Shown: positions 18,553 through 29,125, counted from the first letter of the stretch. The stretch is DNA of 64,000 nt from Spirochaetia bacterium (GCA_963677925.2 CAXXYH010000004.1:1568001-1632000), one strand, 5' to 3'. Notes: generated by a model from the sequence alone, not told the origin. Made by a program: numbers and translations.

Positions 18553-19841
18553 AAGCCGGAGAAATGATTACGCGACCGTTCAGGATCTACTCGGGACTTG
18601 AGCGAAGTATTTATGTTCTGTTTTTTGCAAGGATAATTAACAGCCTGGGCTTTTTTGTTTACCCGTTCTTAACCCTTCTTCTTACCAATAAACTGGGTTA
18701 CTCGGCAAAGGATGCCGGAGTAATTCTGATGATCTGCAGTACAAGCTTTGTGCCCGGCTCTCTAATCGGAGGTAAACTCTCAGACCATATCGGCCGAAAG
18801 AAACTGCTGGTTACAGCTCAGCTTTGTTCCGCTGCATGTTTTCTTTCCTGTGCCTTTCTCAAAAACCAGCAGCTTATACCCTTTTTTATTATCGGGGCGG
18901 AGTTTTTCATGGGTGTAGTTCACCCGACAAGTCAGGCGATGGTTTTTGATCTGAGCAGGCCGGAAAACAGAAAAGCCGCTTTTTCACTATTGTATCTGGG
19001 ACATAATATCGGCTTTGCTGTGGGGCCACTTCTTGCCGGATTTCTATACAATAATCACACGAAATGGCTCTTTGCCGGCGATGCAATTACAACTTTTATC
19101 TCTGTAATGCTTGTTATCTTGCTTGTCGCTGAAACAAAACCCGACAGTGAACAGCTGCGTGCAAGCATGGCAGAGGCGGAGCTGGGCGGTAATTCTTCGG
19201 AACATGCAGTTGAGGGCAGTGTTTTTAAAGTCCTGTTTCAGCGCCCTATACTTCTCTGGTTTGTGTTTCTGGTAATGCTTCTGAACTTTGTATATGCCCA
19301 GATGTCCTTTTCTCTGCCGATCTTTATGAATGATACTTTCGGCAGCGACGGACCGATGCTCTTCGGCTCTGCCATGAGTTTTAACGCCGTTGTTGTTATT
19401 GCCGGAACTACACTTATAATATCGGCTACAAAGAATATGAAGCCGATACTGGCAACTGCCCTGACCGCAGTCCTCTATGCTTTCGGATTCGGTGCCATTT
19501 TTTTTGCAAAAACATTTGCTCTGATCATTATTACCGTTTTTATCTGGACAACCGGCGAAATACTCGGGGCGACGAATATAGATGTATTTATCGCCAATCA
19601 TACTCCGATGAGCCACCGGGGCAGAATCAATTCAATAGTGCCGATAATTATGGGTACAGGACAGGCTCTTTCTCCCTTCCTTGTAGGCGGTTTTATCGAA
19701 ATAGCTTCAGTTGAGATGGTATGGCCTCTGTGTTTTATTCTTGCTATGATAGCGGCAGCCGGGTTTACAGTTATGTATTTCTCGGATAAGAAAAAAGACA
19801 GGAAGCAGCCTGATGCAGGACAGACTTTACAAAATAGTTGA
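18549..19841 (+). CDS. MFS transporter
   Basis: GGKLSDHIGRK motif A; 12 TM. Confidence 0.9.
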   Translation: MKAGEMITRPFRIYSGLERSIYVLFFARIINSLGFFVYPFLTLLLTNKLGYSAKDAGVILMICSTSFVPGSLIGGKLSDHIGRKKLLVTAQLCSAACFLSCAFLKNQQLIPFFIIGAEFFMGVVHPTSQAMVFDLSRPENRKAAFSLLYLGHNIGFAVGPLLAGFLYNNHTKWLFAGDAITTFISVMLVILLVAETKPDSEQLRASMAEAELGGNSSEHAVEGSVFKVLFQRPILLWFVFLVMLLNFVYAQMSFSLPIFMNDTFGSDGPMLFGSAMSFNAVVVIAGTTLIISATKNMKPILATALTAVLYAFGFGAIFFAKTFALIIITVFIWTTGEILGATNIDVFIANHTPMSHRGRINSIVPIIMGTGQALSPFLVGGFIEIASVEMVWPLCFILAMIAAAGFTVMYFSDKKKDRKQPDAGQTLQNS

Positions 19842-20400
19842 ATTTATTCTGAATATTGCAGAAGCCGAGGAGCTTGAAGTGATTCAGGCGGCCCTGCATA
19901 AAAGACTCACCGATCCGGGAAGAGGCCGGCATATAGGAGTTAATCCCGGGAGAATCGCTTCTGAATCTGCCTCACGTATATCCGAACAGGTTGAAATGTC
20001 CAAAAATACGATATCGGAAATGGCGGCAAATTTTGCTGCCAATATAATCAGGCAGAATGCTCCGGAACTCAGTGAAGCTCAGGTACAGGAGCTGCTTGGT
20101 GAGTTTATGCCTGAATCTGCAGGCGGAAAGCCGAAGCGTGCAAGGGCTTCTTCAAGCGGTGCCGCAGGCGGCGGTCTCCCCGGCGGTTTACTTGTGCAGA
20201 TGGTTGATCAATTTGTTGAATACAGTCTCGGGGCCATGCCGCCTGCCGAGCAGATCCGTATGGAAGAGGAGATACCCGGCTGGAAAAAGAAATACTGGGA
20301 CGCCTTTCCTGAGCAGATTCGAAAACTGATATCACTTCTGCTTGAGGGCGAGATCGATCATGAACGTTTCAGCAGCCACATAAGGGAAGTCCTTTTGTAG
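19813..20400 (+). CDS. hypothetical protein
   Basis: 195-aa helical ORF co-directional with and overlapping the MFS gene end. Confidence 0.7.
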   Translation: MQDRLYKIVEFILNIAEAEELEVIQAALHKRLTDPGRGRHIGVNPGRIASESASRISEQVEMSKNTISEMAANFAANIIRQNAPELSEAQVQELLGEFMPESAGGKPKRARASSSGAAGGGLPGGLLVQMVDQFVEYSLGAMPPAEQIRMEEEIPGWKKKYWDAFPEQIRKLISLLLEGEIDHERFSSHIREVLL

Positions 20401-20422
20401 AAATCCTTCTAAACAAGCACTT

Positions 20423-21166
20423 CTAATTTTTGGACAGACCTTCAATCTTGGAAAATATATTCTTAAGCCTCTTTGCCTCACCGGCAGAAACTCCGGCTCT
20501 GGCAAAAATATCCCTGAAAAAACTTTTCATATCAGAATCATCAACCTGCTTGAAAAATCCTATGTTTTTCAGATTCCCTGCAATATCAGAGGTAAGGATG
20601 TCAAGTTCTTCTCTGTTTATCGGACGGTAGCCCTTGAACTCTTTTTCCTTGAGTGCTTCATGATAGATAACGTAGGTGATAAGCTGCACAGCGTGCGAGA
20701 GGTTCAGTGAAGGAAAGAGGTCTGATGACTGTATTCTTACCGCCGTGTTGCACAGGCCCAGATCATGCTCATTGAGGCCGGAAACCTCGTTGCCGAATAC
20801 TATCGCTATCCGGCTTTCTGTTGATTCGGCTTCCTCTTCAGCTGCGCAGAGCGGAAGTACAGCCTCAGCCAGGTTTTCGGGTGAAATGCTGAAATATTTT
20901 CTTTTTTTACCGCGTCTTCTTGAAATAGCAGCCGAGTAGACAGTTCCTTCAAGTGCCTTTTCAACTGATTCGGTGATGACCGCCTTTTCCAGAATATCGG
21001 AGGCATGGATTGCCGTGACTGCAGCCTTCTCAAAGTCCTCGGGAATGCTTCCGGCAATATAAAGTTTGCTGAAGCCCATGTTCTTCATTGCCCTGCATAC
21101 TGAGCCTATGTTTTTTGCCGATTGAGGGTTCTCGAGTATTATTCTGACATGTGAAAGGTTTACCAT
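20423..21166 (-). CDS. SPOUT RNA methyltransferase, TrmJ/LasT-like
   Basis: NIGSVCRAMKNMG, VFGNEVSGL, PSLNLSHAV. Confidence 0.88.
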   Translation of the reverse strand: MVNLSHVRIILENPQSAKNIGSVCRAMKNMGFSKLYIAGSIPEDFEKAAVTAIHASDILEKAVITESVEKALEGTVYSAAISRRRGKKRKYFSISPENLAEAVLPLCAAEEEAESTESRIAIVFGNEVSGLNEHDLGLCNTAVRIQSSDLFPSLNLSHAVQLITYVIYHEALKEKEFKGYRPINREELDILTSDIAGNLKNIGFFKQVDDSDMKSFFRDIFARAGVSAGEAKRLKNIFSKIEGLSKN

Positions 21167-21176
21167 AATCCTGCCT

Positions 21177-23195
21177 TTATGAAAGTGGTCTTATATTCAG
21201 TACTGAAGGGATGAGCCTTATGCTTTTTAGAACCTGTTTGTATTCGACGTCCCTTGTCATTTCCATTGTAAAGCTGCCCTTCAGGTTGCCTTTGTCGTTT
21301 TCCTCAAGCTTGCCTTCAATTAAATGACCGCCGTATTTTCGTACCGAGCCTTCAATCTCTGAGAAGAGGTCGTTGGTTATTTTCGAAACGACTTCAAAGC
21401 GCCTTGAAGTTATCGGTGATACAGCCTCCCATTCAACATCAATACTTCTCTCTTCGAACTCTTTGATGTTTTTCAGGTTGGTACAGTCTTTACGGTGAAC
21501 AATAATACCGCGGCCTCTGGAAACGTAGCCAATAATGCTGTCTCCCGTCACCGGATTGCAGCAGTTGGCCAGGCTTATCATCATATTTTTTTCATCACCG
21601 ATTTTAAAAACAACCTTCGTTGAGTTTATTACCCGCTTTATAATATCTGATGATGCTGAATCGGTCTGCTTTTCCGCTGCAGACGATTCGTAAGCCTTTG
21701 TTTCATGCACTTCAGCAGGAGCCTTGTGTTTGGCGATGATATTTTTTTCTATAATCAGATCTTCGTTATGCTTGTTGAGATACTGCCTGATCTTGTTTTT
21801 TGCTTTGGATGTCTTCGCCAGTCTGAGCCAGTTGATGTTAGGCTTGCCCTTGTTGGATGTAAGAACTTCAACAACCTGGGTATTTCTCAGCGGAGTGCTC
21901 AGTGGAATTATTGCTCCGTCAGCCTTTGCTCCGATACAGTGGTTTCCGACCTCGGTGTGAATGTGGTAGGCGAAGTCAATCGGCGTTGCATCCTTTGCCA
22001 GTTCAACTATATGGCCGCGCGGTGTGAACACATATATCGAATCCTTTAAAAGTTCACCCTTAATCTCGTCCCAGAATTCGACCTGGGGAATATGCAGCTC
22101 ATTCCAGCGTTTAAGCTTGTTGATGATTGCCAGATCTTCAGGTTTTGCCTTGTCGTTTGAGTCCGCTCCCTTATAGATCCAGTGTGCCGCAACCCCGTAT
22201 TCTGCGGTGTAATGCATTGCATATGAACGGATCTGAACCTCAAGCTTCCTTCCCTCGTTGCACATAACCGTTGTATGAAGGCTGCGGTACTGATTAGACT
22301 TCGGCATTGCAATGTAGTCTTTAAAACGGCCTTCGATAGGAGGCCACAGCCTGTGTACAATGCCCAGAATTGTGTAGCACTCATTCGGTGTATTGCAGAG
22401 TATCCGTATTGCAAGCAGATCGTTTATTTCATCAAGGGCTTTTTTACGCTTTTTCATCTTCCGGTATACCGAATAGATATGCTTTGCCCTGGTCTCCACC
22501 TCGATCTGAACACCTTCCGCGTGGGTCGCCTTAAGAATATCGCGTTCAACCTTTTTAAGGTAGTTAATATTTTCATTCTTAAGCGTGCTGATAGTCTCGC
22601 TCAGCTGCTTGTAGACTTCAGGCCTGAGGTGTTTAAGGGCCAGATCCTCCAGATCTGTTTTAAGCCCCGAAATACCCAGTCTGCCTGCAAGGGGGGCGTA
22701 AATTTCCAGACATTCGTTTGCAATTGACTTCCGCTTTGCCTCGGGCAGAAACTGAAGGGTTTTCATGTTATGCAGTTTATCCGCCAGCTTGATGATGATG
22801 ACCCTGATATCCTTGGTCATCGCAATCAGCATCTTCCGCATTGTCTCGGTTTCCTGGATGGTTTTGCTCTTGGCTTTTACGATGGAAATTTTGGTAACGC
22901 CGTCAACAAGGGCAACAACCTGGCGGCCGAATTCCTTCCGCATCTCAGTTTCAGAAGTGCTTGTATCTTCAAGAACATCATGAAGTAATGCTGCAATTAC
23001 AGTTTCATAGTCCATTCCCAGGTCGACCAGGAATTCAGCAACTGTCAGGGGATGTATGAAAAAAGGCTCGCCGCTGGCCCGTTTCTGGTCTCCGTGTTTT
23101 GTCTGGGCCCAAAGTACAGCCTTCATAATTCTGGCTCTTTCAGTGGGTCGGTAATTTGAAAGTTTATTCTCGAATTTCGTTATCTTGTGATCCAC
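21177..23195 (-). CDS. rel: bifunctional (p)ppGpp synthetase/hydrolase
   Basis: HxxQKRASGEPFFIHP, LLHDVLEDT, KLADKLHNM, YRSLHT, EVQIR, TGS domain; start uncertain (GTG 23195 chosen), overlaps prmC end. Confidence 0.93.
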   Translation of the reverse strand: MDHKITKFENKLSNYRPTERARIMKAVLWAQTKHGDQKRASGEPFFIHPLTVAEFLVDLGMDYETVIAALLHDVLEDTSTSETEMRKEFGRQVVALVDGVTKISIVKAKSKTIQETETMRKMLIAMTKDIRVIIIKLADKLHNMKTLQFLPEAKRKSIANECLEIYAPLAGRLGISGLKTDLEDLALKHLRPEVYKQLSETISTLKNENINYLKKVERDILKATHAEGVQIEVETRAKHIYSVYRKMKKRKKALDEINDLLAIRILCNTPNECYTILGIVHRLWPPIEGRFKDYIAMPKSNQYRSLHTTVMCNEGRKLEVQIRSYAMHYTAEYGVAAHWIYKGADSNDKAKPEDLAIINKLKRWNELHIPQVEFWDEIKGELLKDSIYVFTPRGHIVELAKDATPIDFAYHIHTEVGNHCIGAKADGAIIPLSTPLRNTQVVEVLTSNKGKPNINWLRLAKTSKAKNKIRQYLNKHNEDLIIEKNIIAKHKAPAEVHETKAYESSAAEKQTDSASSDIIKRVINSTKVVFKIGDEKNMMISLANCCNPVTGDSIIGYVSRGRGIIVHRKDCTNLKNIKEFEERSIDVEWEAVSPITSRRFEVVSKITNDLFSEIEGSVRKYGGHLIEGKLEENDKGNLKGSFTMEMTRDVEYKQVLKSIRLIPSVLNIRPLS

Positions 23196-24051
23196 AGCAT
23201 CTTCCGAATGTAACTCTGTCCTTGCCTGCAAGGTCTGTTAAAGTATCTGTTCCGGTAAAACCGGCATCTTTCATCAAATTCCGGATTTCTTCTGAATGTT
23301 TCCATCCGGCTTCTATTAAAAGATAGCTATTATCGGTCAGATAATCCATAGAAGATTCAACAATTATTCTGATAATATCAAGTCCGTCCGTTCCTCCGTC
23401 GAGGGCGAGTCTCGGTTCGGGCCAGTTCTGAGCCTGCATTTCGTCACAGACTTCCGCTTCCACGTAGGGCGGATTCGTCACAATGATATCATATTTACCA
23501 CGGATGTTTTCAAAAAGGTCACTCTGTATAAAACTGATCGACGCGTAAAGATGCCTGCTGTTCTTTCGGGCGGTTTCAAGTGCCTCGGCAGAAATATCTG
23601 AAGCAGTAATTTCCGCATAGGGGATTTCCTTCTTCAGTGTAACGGCTATGCATCCCGAGCCGGTACAGAGATCCAGAATCCTTACAGTTTCACCGTTTCT
23701 GTTGGCTTTCAGATCCGCGGCAATTTCAATGACTCTTTCCACCATTATTTCTGTTTCAGGCCTCGGAACAAGGACCCGTTCATCAACATAAAAATCCCTG
23801 CCGAAGAATTCCTTGACACCCCGGATATAGGAGACAGGATAGCCGTCGATTCGTCTTTTTATTAATTTTCTAAAGGCATCCGCAGTATCATCGGGGACTC
23901 TGTCGGAGTAGGAAGCAAGAAGCTTTTCCCGGCTTATGCCGGCAGCAAATGCAAGAAGAACCGAAGAATCAAGCGACGGCGTATCGCAGAATATCGTTCC
24001 GCAGCCTTCGAGAATCCCGGTTCCTTCTGCAAGAAGTTCTCTATATGTCAT
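23164..24051 (-). CDS. prmC: release factor glutamine methyltransferase
   Basis: VLVPRPETE, LDLCTGSGCIA, NPPY, ALDGGTDGL; follows prfA. Confidence 0.95.
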   Translation of the reverse strand: MTYRELLAEGTGILEGCGTIFCDTPSLDSSVLLAFAAGISREKLLASYSDRVPDDTADAFRKLIKRRIDGYPVSYIRGVKEFFGRDFYVDERVLVPRPETEIMVERVIEIAADLKANRNGETVRILDLCTGSGCIAVTLKKEIPYAEITASDISAEALETARKNSRHLYASISFIQSDLFENIRGKYDIIVTNPPYVEAEVCDEMQAQNWPEPRLALDGGTDGLDIIRIIVESSMDYLTDNSYLLIEAGWKHSEEIRNLMKDAGFTGTDTLTDLAGKDRVTFGRCCGSQDNEIRE

Positions 24052-24059
24052 TTTCTGTT

Positions 24060-25127
24060 TTACTGGGTGGCTTTGAGGTATTCTTCTCTGTCGCTCAGCT
24101 TCAGGGCTTCAATTACCTCGTTCATATCACCTTCAATGATGTAGTCCAGCCGGTAAAGGGTAAGGTTTATTCTGTGGTCGGTAAGTCTGTTCTGGGGGAA
24201 GTTGTATGTCCTGATGCGCTCTGAACGGTCACCCGAGCCAACCTGTGTTTTACGGGCATCTGCTCTTTCCTTCGCTTTTTTGGCTTCCTCGGCTTCGAGC
24301 AGTCTTGAACGGAGAACCCTCAGTGCCTTCGCCTTGTTCTTAATCTGGGATTTCTCATCCTGGCAGGTAACAACAACACCGGTGGGAAGGTGGGTAATTC
24401 GAACTGCAGAGTCTGTAGTATTAACGCTCTGGCCTCCGGGACCTGATGAGCGGAATACATCAATCTTGAGATCCTCGGTTTTGATATCGATATCAGTATC
24501 TTCAGCTTCGGGAAGTACCGCCACAGTAACTGCTGAAGTATGAACCCTTCCGCCGGATTCTGTGGACGGGACTCTCTGTACACGGTGAACACCGCTTTCA
24601 TACTTGAGATCACCATAGACATTCTTACCGCTTATTGAAAAGATTATTTCCTTGAAACCGCCGAGGTTTATTTCATTGGTCGACATTACTTCAAGTTTCC
24701 AGCCCCTGGTTTCAGACAGTCTTGAATACATCCGGAAAAGGTCTGCAGCAAACAGGGCTGCTTCATCACCGCCGGTTCCGGCCCTGATTTCCATGATGGT
24801 GTTCTTGCTGTCCAGAGGATCCTTTGGAATAAGCAGGGTTTTCAGTTTCTGTTCGGATTCTTCCAGACTCTCCTCGAGACCTTTGACCTCTTCCTTTGCC
24901 ATTTCCTTCATTTCCGGATCCGTCTCTTCTTCGATAAGAAGATTTGCATCCTCAAGTTCCTGCGAGAGTTTTTTGTAAACCCTGATCTCGGCAACTACTT
25001 CCTGAAGGTGGCTGTGCTCCTGGGCAATTTCTTTATATTTTTTGAGATCCTTCATAATATCCGGATCACTTATCTGAGTTTCGAGTGAATTATATCTTTC
25101 TTCTATTTCGTCAAGTCTGTCTATCAT
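24060..25127 (-). CDS. prfA: peptide chain release factor 1
   Basis: [23 protein letters not shown] (PxT), [19 protein letters not shown]. Confidence 0.97.
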   Translation of the reverse strand: MIDRLDEIEERYNSLETQISDPDIMKDLKKYKEIAQEHSHLQEVVAEIRVYKKLSQELEDANLLIEEETDPEMKEMAKEEVKGLEESLEESEQKLKTLLIPKDPLDSKNTIMEIRAGTGGDEAALFAADLFRMYSRLSETRGWKLEVMSTNEINLGGFKEIIFSISGKNVYGDLKYESGVHRVQRVPSTESGGRVHTSAVTVAVLPEAEDTDIDIKTEDLKIDVFRSSGPGGQSVNTTDSAVRITHLPTGVVVTCQDEKSQIKNKAKALRVLRSRLLEAEEAKKAKERADARKTQVGSGDRSERIRTYNFPQNRLTDHRINLTLYRLDYIIEGDMNEVIEALKLSDREEYLKATQ

Positions 25128-25162
25128 TCAGACAGCATAACAGAAAAGTTCAGGCTTTTCAA
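25128..25162 (-). promoter_or_regulatory. sigma70-like promoter positioned for leaderless prfA mRNA
   Basis: TTGAAA-N17-TATGCT (extended TGn)-N6-ATG; no SD. Confidence 0.6.
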
Positions 25163-25172
25163 TCTGAGTCTT

Positions 25173-25739
25173 TTATCTCCTGGCAGGCTTTATAAAACCG
25201 AATATACTTCCGCAGAACCCTCCTATAAGGTGGGCAAACTGGGAGATATCGTCATGCCTGAAGGCATTGATCGCTTCGGTAGCAAGGTATAGCACCAGAA
25301 TAAGGACAAATGTAAGAGGAATCTCGCCGTTACGGTTATTTGTAAACGATGAAAGGAGTATCATCATGAATACTATTCCGCTTGCACCCAGCAGTGCAGT
25401 AGGGAAGAAGAAGGCGTTCAGCAGTCCCGTTACAATAGCTGTTACAAAGATCATGATAAACAGCGAGACAGAGCCGTATTTTTCTTCAAGAGCCGGTCCA
25501 AGAAGCAGCAGCAGTGCCATATTCGACAGCAGGTGATTCCATCCTGAGTGTCCCAGGGTATGAGTAAACAGGGTAATCCAGTCAATCGGATCTGATGTAT
25601 TGAAAATGCCCTTACCGGGTACCATGAAGTACGTAGGAATGAAATGGGTATTAAGCAGCTGATCAACAAGAATGAGAAGTGATGCAATAATTGCAAATGT
25701 CAGAGTCAGCGGCGCATTATATCTAATCTTTAGCGTCAT
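25173..25739 (-). CDS. rhomboid family intramembrane serine protease
   Basis: HSGWNHLLSN, GASG catalytic motif, AHLIGG; GGAG before ATG 25739. Confidence 0.9.
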   Translation of the reverse strand: MTLKIRYNAPLTLTFAIIASLLILVDQLLNTHFIPTYFMVPGKGIFNTSDPIDWITLFTHTLGHSGWNHLLSNMALLLLLGPALEEKYGSVSLFIMIFVTAIVTGLLNAFFFPTALLGASGIVFMMILLSSFTNNRNGEIPLTFVLILVLYLATEAINAFRHDDISQFAHLIGGFCGSIFGFIKPARR

Positions 25740-25819
25740 AGTTTTCTCCGGATATAAGATGTTTCCATTATATAATGAACGACACCTTTGAGGAAATATT
25801 TTAACAATAAAAATGGGGA

Positions 25820-25848
25820 TTGACAGTATTATTACGCGGAGGTATGGT
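25820..25848 (+). promoter_or_regulatory. sigma70-like promoter of tRNA-Arg
   Basis: TTGACA-N17-TATGGT ending 10 bp before the tRNA. Confidence 0.65.
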
Positions 25849-25858
25849 TTACTCACCT

Positions 25859-25932
25859 GGTCACGTAGCTCAGCTGGATAGAGCGCCTCCCTCCGGAGGA
25901 GGAGGCCGTGGGTTCGAATCCCGCCGTGATCA
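25859..25932 (+). tRNA. tRNA-Arg(CCG)
   Basis: GGTCACG/CGTGATC acceptor, D-arm AGCTCAGCTGGATAGAGC, anticodon arm CCTCC-CTCCGGA-GGAGG, GGTTCGAATCC T-arm; CCA not encoded. Confidence 0.95.
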
Positions 25933-25942
25933 AAAAAAGCCT

Positions 25943-26563
25943 TTATGCTTTCCTGTCAGGTTTATTGATCTCCATATGTGCATGAAATCCCTCCAGATCA
26001 TCCGGGAATTCCATTCTTGTTCCAAGCTGTTTAGCCAGGGAGATAATAAACTGCATCCCGAGAGTCTGCGAACCGGCGGGATCATAGTCTGATTCAAGTC
26101 CTCTGCCGTTGTCTTTATAATCAAGGATTATTTTTTCGTCTTCAAAGTGAAGCTTAAAACTTATGAGGCCTCCGCCCTTTGTGTAGTCAAAGGCATGGAA
26201 ATAGCTGTTTGTTACCATTTCCGAGATAATCTGGGCAATAGGCAGGGCTGTCTTAAAAGGGATTCTGATATTGTCAATTTCCTTCTCGATTTTCACGCCC
26301 GGATGCCGGTTGGAACAGACTCTCTGCAGCCTGCTTAATATATCATAGATCAGTTCCATGACGTTGACATACCTGTAATCTCCGCCGTGATACAGTTTTT
26401 CATAGGCTGTGGATATAACCATCTGTCTGTTCTGCAGGCAGGCTAAAAGCTGCTCCGCCGGAATGGTTTTTGTATATATCTTATGCAGATTGACCATTGC
26501 CGTCATAGTAGCGAGGTCGTTTTTGAGGTCATGAAATATTTCTCTGATTTCTTCTTCTTCCAT
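25943..26563 (-). CDS. sensor-less histidine kinase core (HisKA_2 + HATPase_c)
   Basis: HDLKNDL H-box variant, SEMVTNSYFHAF N-box, DNGRG, TLGMQFI. Confidence 0.8.
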   Translation of the reverse strand: MEEEEIREIFHDLKNDLATMTAMVNLHKIYTKTIPAEQLLACLQNRQMVISTAYEKLYHGGDYRYVNVMELIYDILSRLQRVCSNRHPGVKIEKEIDNIRIPFKTALPIAQIISEMVTNSYFHAFDYTKGGGLISFKLHFEDEKIILDYKDNGRGLESDYDPAGSQTLGMQFIISLAKQLGTRMEFPDDLEGFHAHMEINKPDRKA

Positions 26564-26621
26564 ATGGCTTAAATTTAGTTGTAATTGAATACGAATTCAA
26601 CAAAAGCTTTAATTTATTTAC

Positions 26622-27224
26622 TTAAACTTTACAAATATACCATCCCGAAGATTCTGTCACTGCCAAAGTCTGAATATCATCTGAATATTCAGAGAGTTCC
26701 TGCATGACATTATTCCTGAATCCGAAATAATCTGCACCTATAAGCAGTTCAAGAATCTCAATCAGCAGTACCGGAAGGATGGCGTGCCTGCCCTGGTAGT
26801 CATGGATTATCACAGTCTTTTCTGCAATCCGGAAGGCCTCGGAATAGAACTTCCTCCGCAGGCTTTTACGCATTCCGTGTGCCACAAAAGCGGCTGTAAC
26901 AGTGTCAAAGGAATTATCTTCAAAGGGGAGGCCCGCCAGAATATCGCCCTTTACGCAGTTGAGCTTTTTCTTTCTGGCCATCAGCATCATCGGGCCTGAG
27001 ATGTCTGTTCCCGACGCCCGGTATCCTTCCAGCTGAAGTGCATATGTAAAAGCGCCGGTTCCGCAGCCGATATCCAGAACACTTGAACCTTCCGGGCCAA
27101 GATGAGCTTTGTTGATGTTTATAACCTTCCGGTATTTATGCCAGAGCATTGGAAAGAAGGCTGTGTATATGAGGGATATGGAGGAGAATATCAGCTTGTG
27201 CATGAAAGAAACTATTTTTTTCAA
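26622..27224 (-). CDS. class I SAM-dependent methyltransferase
   Basis: VLDIGCGTG, LPFEDNSFD; overlaps MCP stop. Confidence 0.85.
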   Translation of the reverse strand: MKKIVSFMHKLIFSSISLIYTAFFPMLWHKYRKVININKAHLGPEGSSVLDIGCGTGAFTYALQLEGYRASGTDISGPMMLMARKKKLNCVKGDILAGLPFEDNSFDTVTAAFVAHGMRKSLRRKFYSEAFRIAEKTVIIHDYQGRHAILPVLLIEILELLIGADYFGFRNNVMQELSEYSDDIQTLAVTESSGWYICKV

Positions 27225-29125
27225 TCTTTTTCATACAGAGAGAACTCTTTAAGAAGGGAGTTCAGCTCATCTACCTTTTTAATATTAGCGGCTGTTATCC
27301 GGTTCATCTGTTCAAGTGCTTCAGTTATTGATTCACGGTTTTCTTTCTGATCCATGACGGAACTCTTAATAACAGAAAAACCGTTAAAAACGCTTTCAAT
27401 ACTATTCCTCATTATCCCTGTGTTTGATGTCTGCTCGGAAGAAAGGTTTTTAAGGTCCTCTGTAATTGACACCAGTCTTACTGAGGTCTGCAGCATTTCT
27501 TCAATTCCTGCAGTTTCTTCTTCTATTGCACGGTATATATTATGGAAATGGGTGAAGGTGAGTTCAACTGTATTTTTAATATCGCTGAATGAACTGTCGG
27601 CCTGCATTGTCATATCATTTCCGTATTCTATGGCCTCAAGCATTTCTTTTATCAGATTTGATATTCCTGTGGATTTTTCGGTACTGTTCTCTGAAAGCCT
27701 TCGAATCTCATCTGCAACTACAGCAAACCCTTTCCCGGAATCTCCTGCATGAGCCGCTTCAATTGCCGCATTTATTGCCAGAATGTCAATTTGTTCTGAT
27801 AAAAGATGCAGATGCTCCAGTATTTCCTCGACATGAATAGAGGAGTCCTCGACACGTCTGATTGAACCTATCAGATTGCTGATATGTTCGCTTCCGCTGG
27901 AGGTGATTTCCGTCAGGTTCGATGTAAGTTTTTCTACTTCCCTGGCTGCCTCATTTTCAGCCTTGATAGATGCCGCCATTTCCTCTATGGCACTTGAAGT
28001 CTGCTCAACAGAGGCGGCCTGTTCATCAATGTTTCCGGAAATAATGGAAAGAGAGCTGAAAAAATTATTTAAAACAGATCTGGTCTGTCCGATCTCCTTT
28101 TCCTGGTTTGACATTTCAATATCAATCCGGCTGATTGAATCAAGCAGTTTTTTGGTCGCATCAAAAAGGTCATGAAGTATTTTTCCAGTAAGGATGGATG
28201 TTTCTGAAACCTGCCGGCCGGTTTGATCAACTTTTATGACTAGATGCCTGATTTTTTCTATGAAGTTGTTAATCTCCGAGGCGATTCTTCCAGTATCGTC
28301 AAAATTAAAAAGCGTCACCTTCTTGGTCAGATCTCCGCTTCCTTTCGAAAGATCCTCCATTTTCCGCAGAAGCTGTTTTTTCTGTATTCGATCCTCGGTC
28401 AGGGCCAGTGCGGTATTTATGCAGAGAGGTATAAATCCGAGCAATGACAGGCCGGCAAGCGCTCCTGAATAATTTTTTGTAATGACGGGAATTCCGGTTT
28501 CATAAGAAACCGCGAAGTATCGCGAGGCATAGACCAGAATAAGAATAGTGTAAATAAAGCATGTTGCCATGATGAGAATCATTTTAATACGCACGAAAAC
28601 GTCGCTTTCGCCATCCTGCATTTCTGTCATATTGAGCTTTATTTTTACAGGGATTAAAATCCTGTTTATAACAAGTGCTGCTGTGACGGCACTCATACAG
28701 CCGGAGATACTGTTTGTGGAGAGGCTCCAGAAGTAGGGGACTCCTCCCCCTGTTTTGAATCCCTGCATTCCGTAAAACAGGGTTATAGCTGCCAGCCATA
28801 ATCCTGTATTTGTCAGAATCAGCAGCCATGGTACTCTAAGGCTTGCTTTACGGGCCCTGGAATAATTTTCAGCGGAATTGATATACGCGAACAGCGGTTT
28901 TAAAAACTTCAGTATGATAATCGTCTGAATCAGAGCAGACAACAGAAAAAGAAGATAAATAGAGGGCTGCAGCGCAAAACCGATCTTAACGGAAATGCTC
29001 TGATTTGCCGGTTTGAAAACCTGCAGTATGAACTGATTTGCCGTAAAGATCACTGCAGGTATCAATACTGCTGAAGCAGAGATTGCAATTTTGACCGGAC
29101 TGGTTCTGATTCCGTCTTTTTTCAT
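27221..29125 (-). CDS. methyl-accepting chemotaxis protein
   Basis: Multi-TM N-terminus, HAMP, ILAINAAIEAAHAGDSGKGFAVVADEIRRLSE. Confidence 0.93.
   Translation of the reverse strand: MKKDGIRTSPVKIAISASAVLIPAVIFTANQFILQVFKPANQSISVKIGFALQPSIYLLFLLSALIQTIIILKFLKPLFAYINSAENYSRARKASLRVPWLLILTNTGLWLAAITLFYGMQGFKTGGGVPYFWSLSTNSISGCMSAVTAALVINRILIPVKIKLNMTEMQDGESDVFVRIKMILIMATCFIYTILILVYASRYFAVSYETGIPVITKNYSGALAGLSLLGFIPLCINTALALTEDRIQKKQLLRKMEDLSKGSGDLTKKVTLFNFDDTGRIASEINNFIEKIRHLVIKVDQTGRQVSETSILTGKILHDLFDATKKLLDSISRIDIEMSNQEKEIGQTRSVLNNFFSSLSIISGNIDEQAASVEQTSSAIEEMAASIKAENEAAREVEKLTSNLTEITSSGSEHISNLIGSIRRVEDSSIHVEEILEHLHLLSEQIDILAINAAIEAAHAGDSGKGFAVVADEIRRLSENSTEKSTGISNLIKEMLEAIEYGNDMTMQADSSFSDIKNTVELTFTHFHNIYRAIEEETAGIEEMLQTSVRLVSITEDLKNLSSEQTSNTGIMRNSIESVFNGFSVIKSSVMDQKENRESITEALEQMNRITAANIKKVDELNSLLKEFSLYEKD

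Noticed and set aside
21177-25127. prfA-prmC-rel gene order and prmC/rel overlap as a novelty
   Set aside because: The same order is known in Borrelia; the long overlap mostly reflects the ORF caller's upstream start.
25859-25945. tRNA-Arg as an integration site for an island covering the downstream accessory genes
   Set aside because: No integrase, and no duplicated tRNA 3' end was seen in the window.
25820-26124. Short ORFs overlapping the tRNA
   Set aside because: They are explained by the tRNA, its promoter and the kinase gene on the opposite strand.
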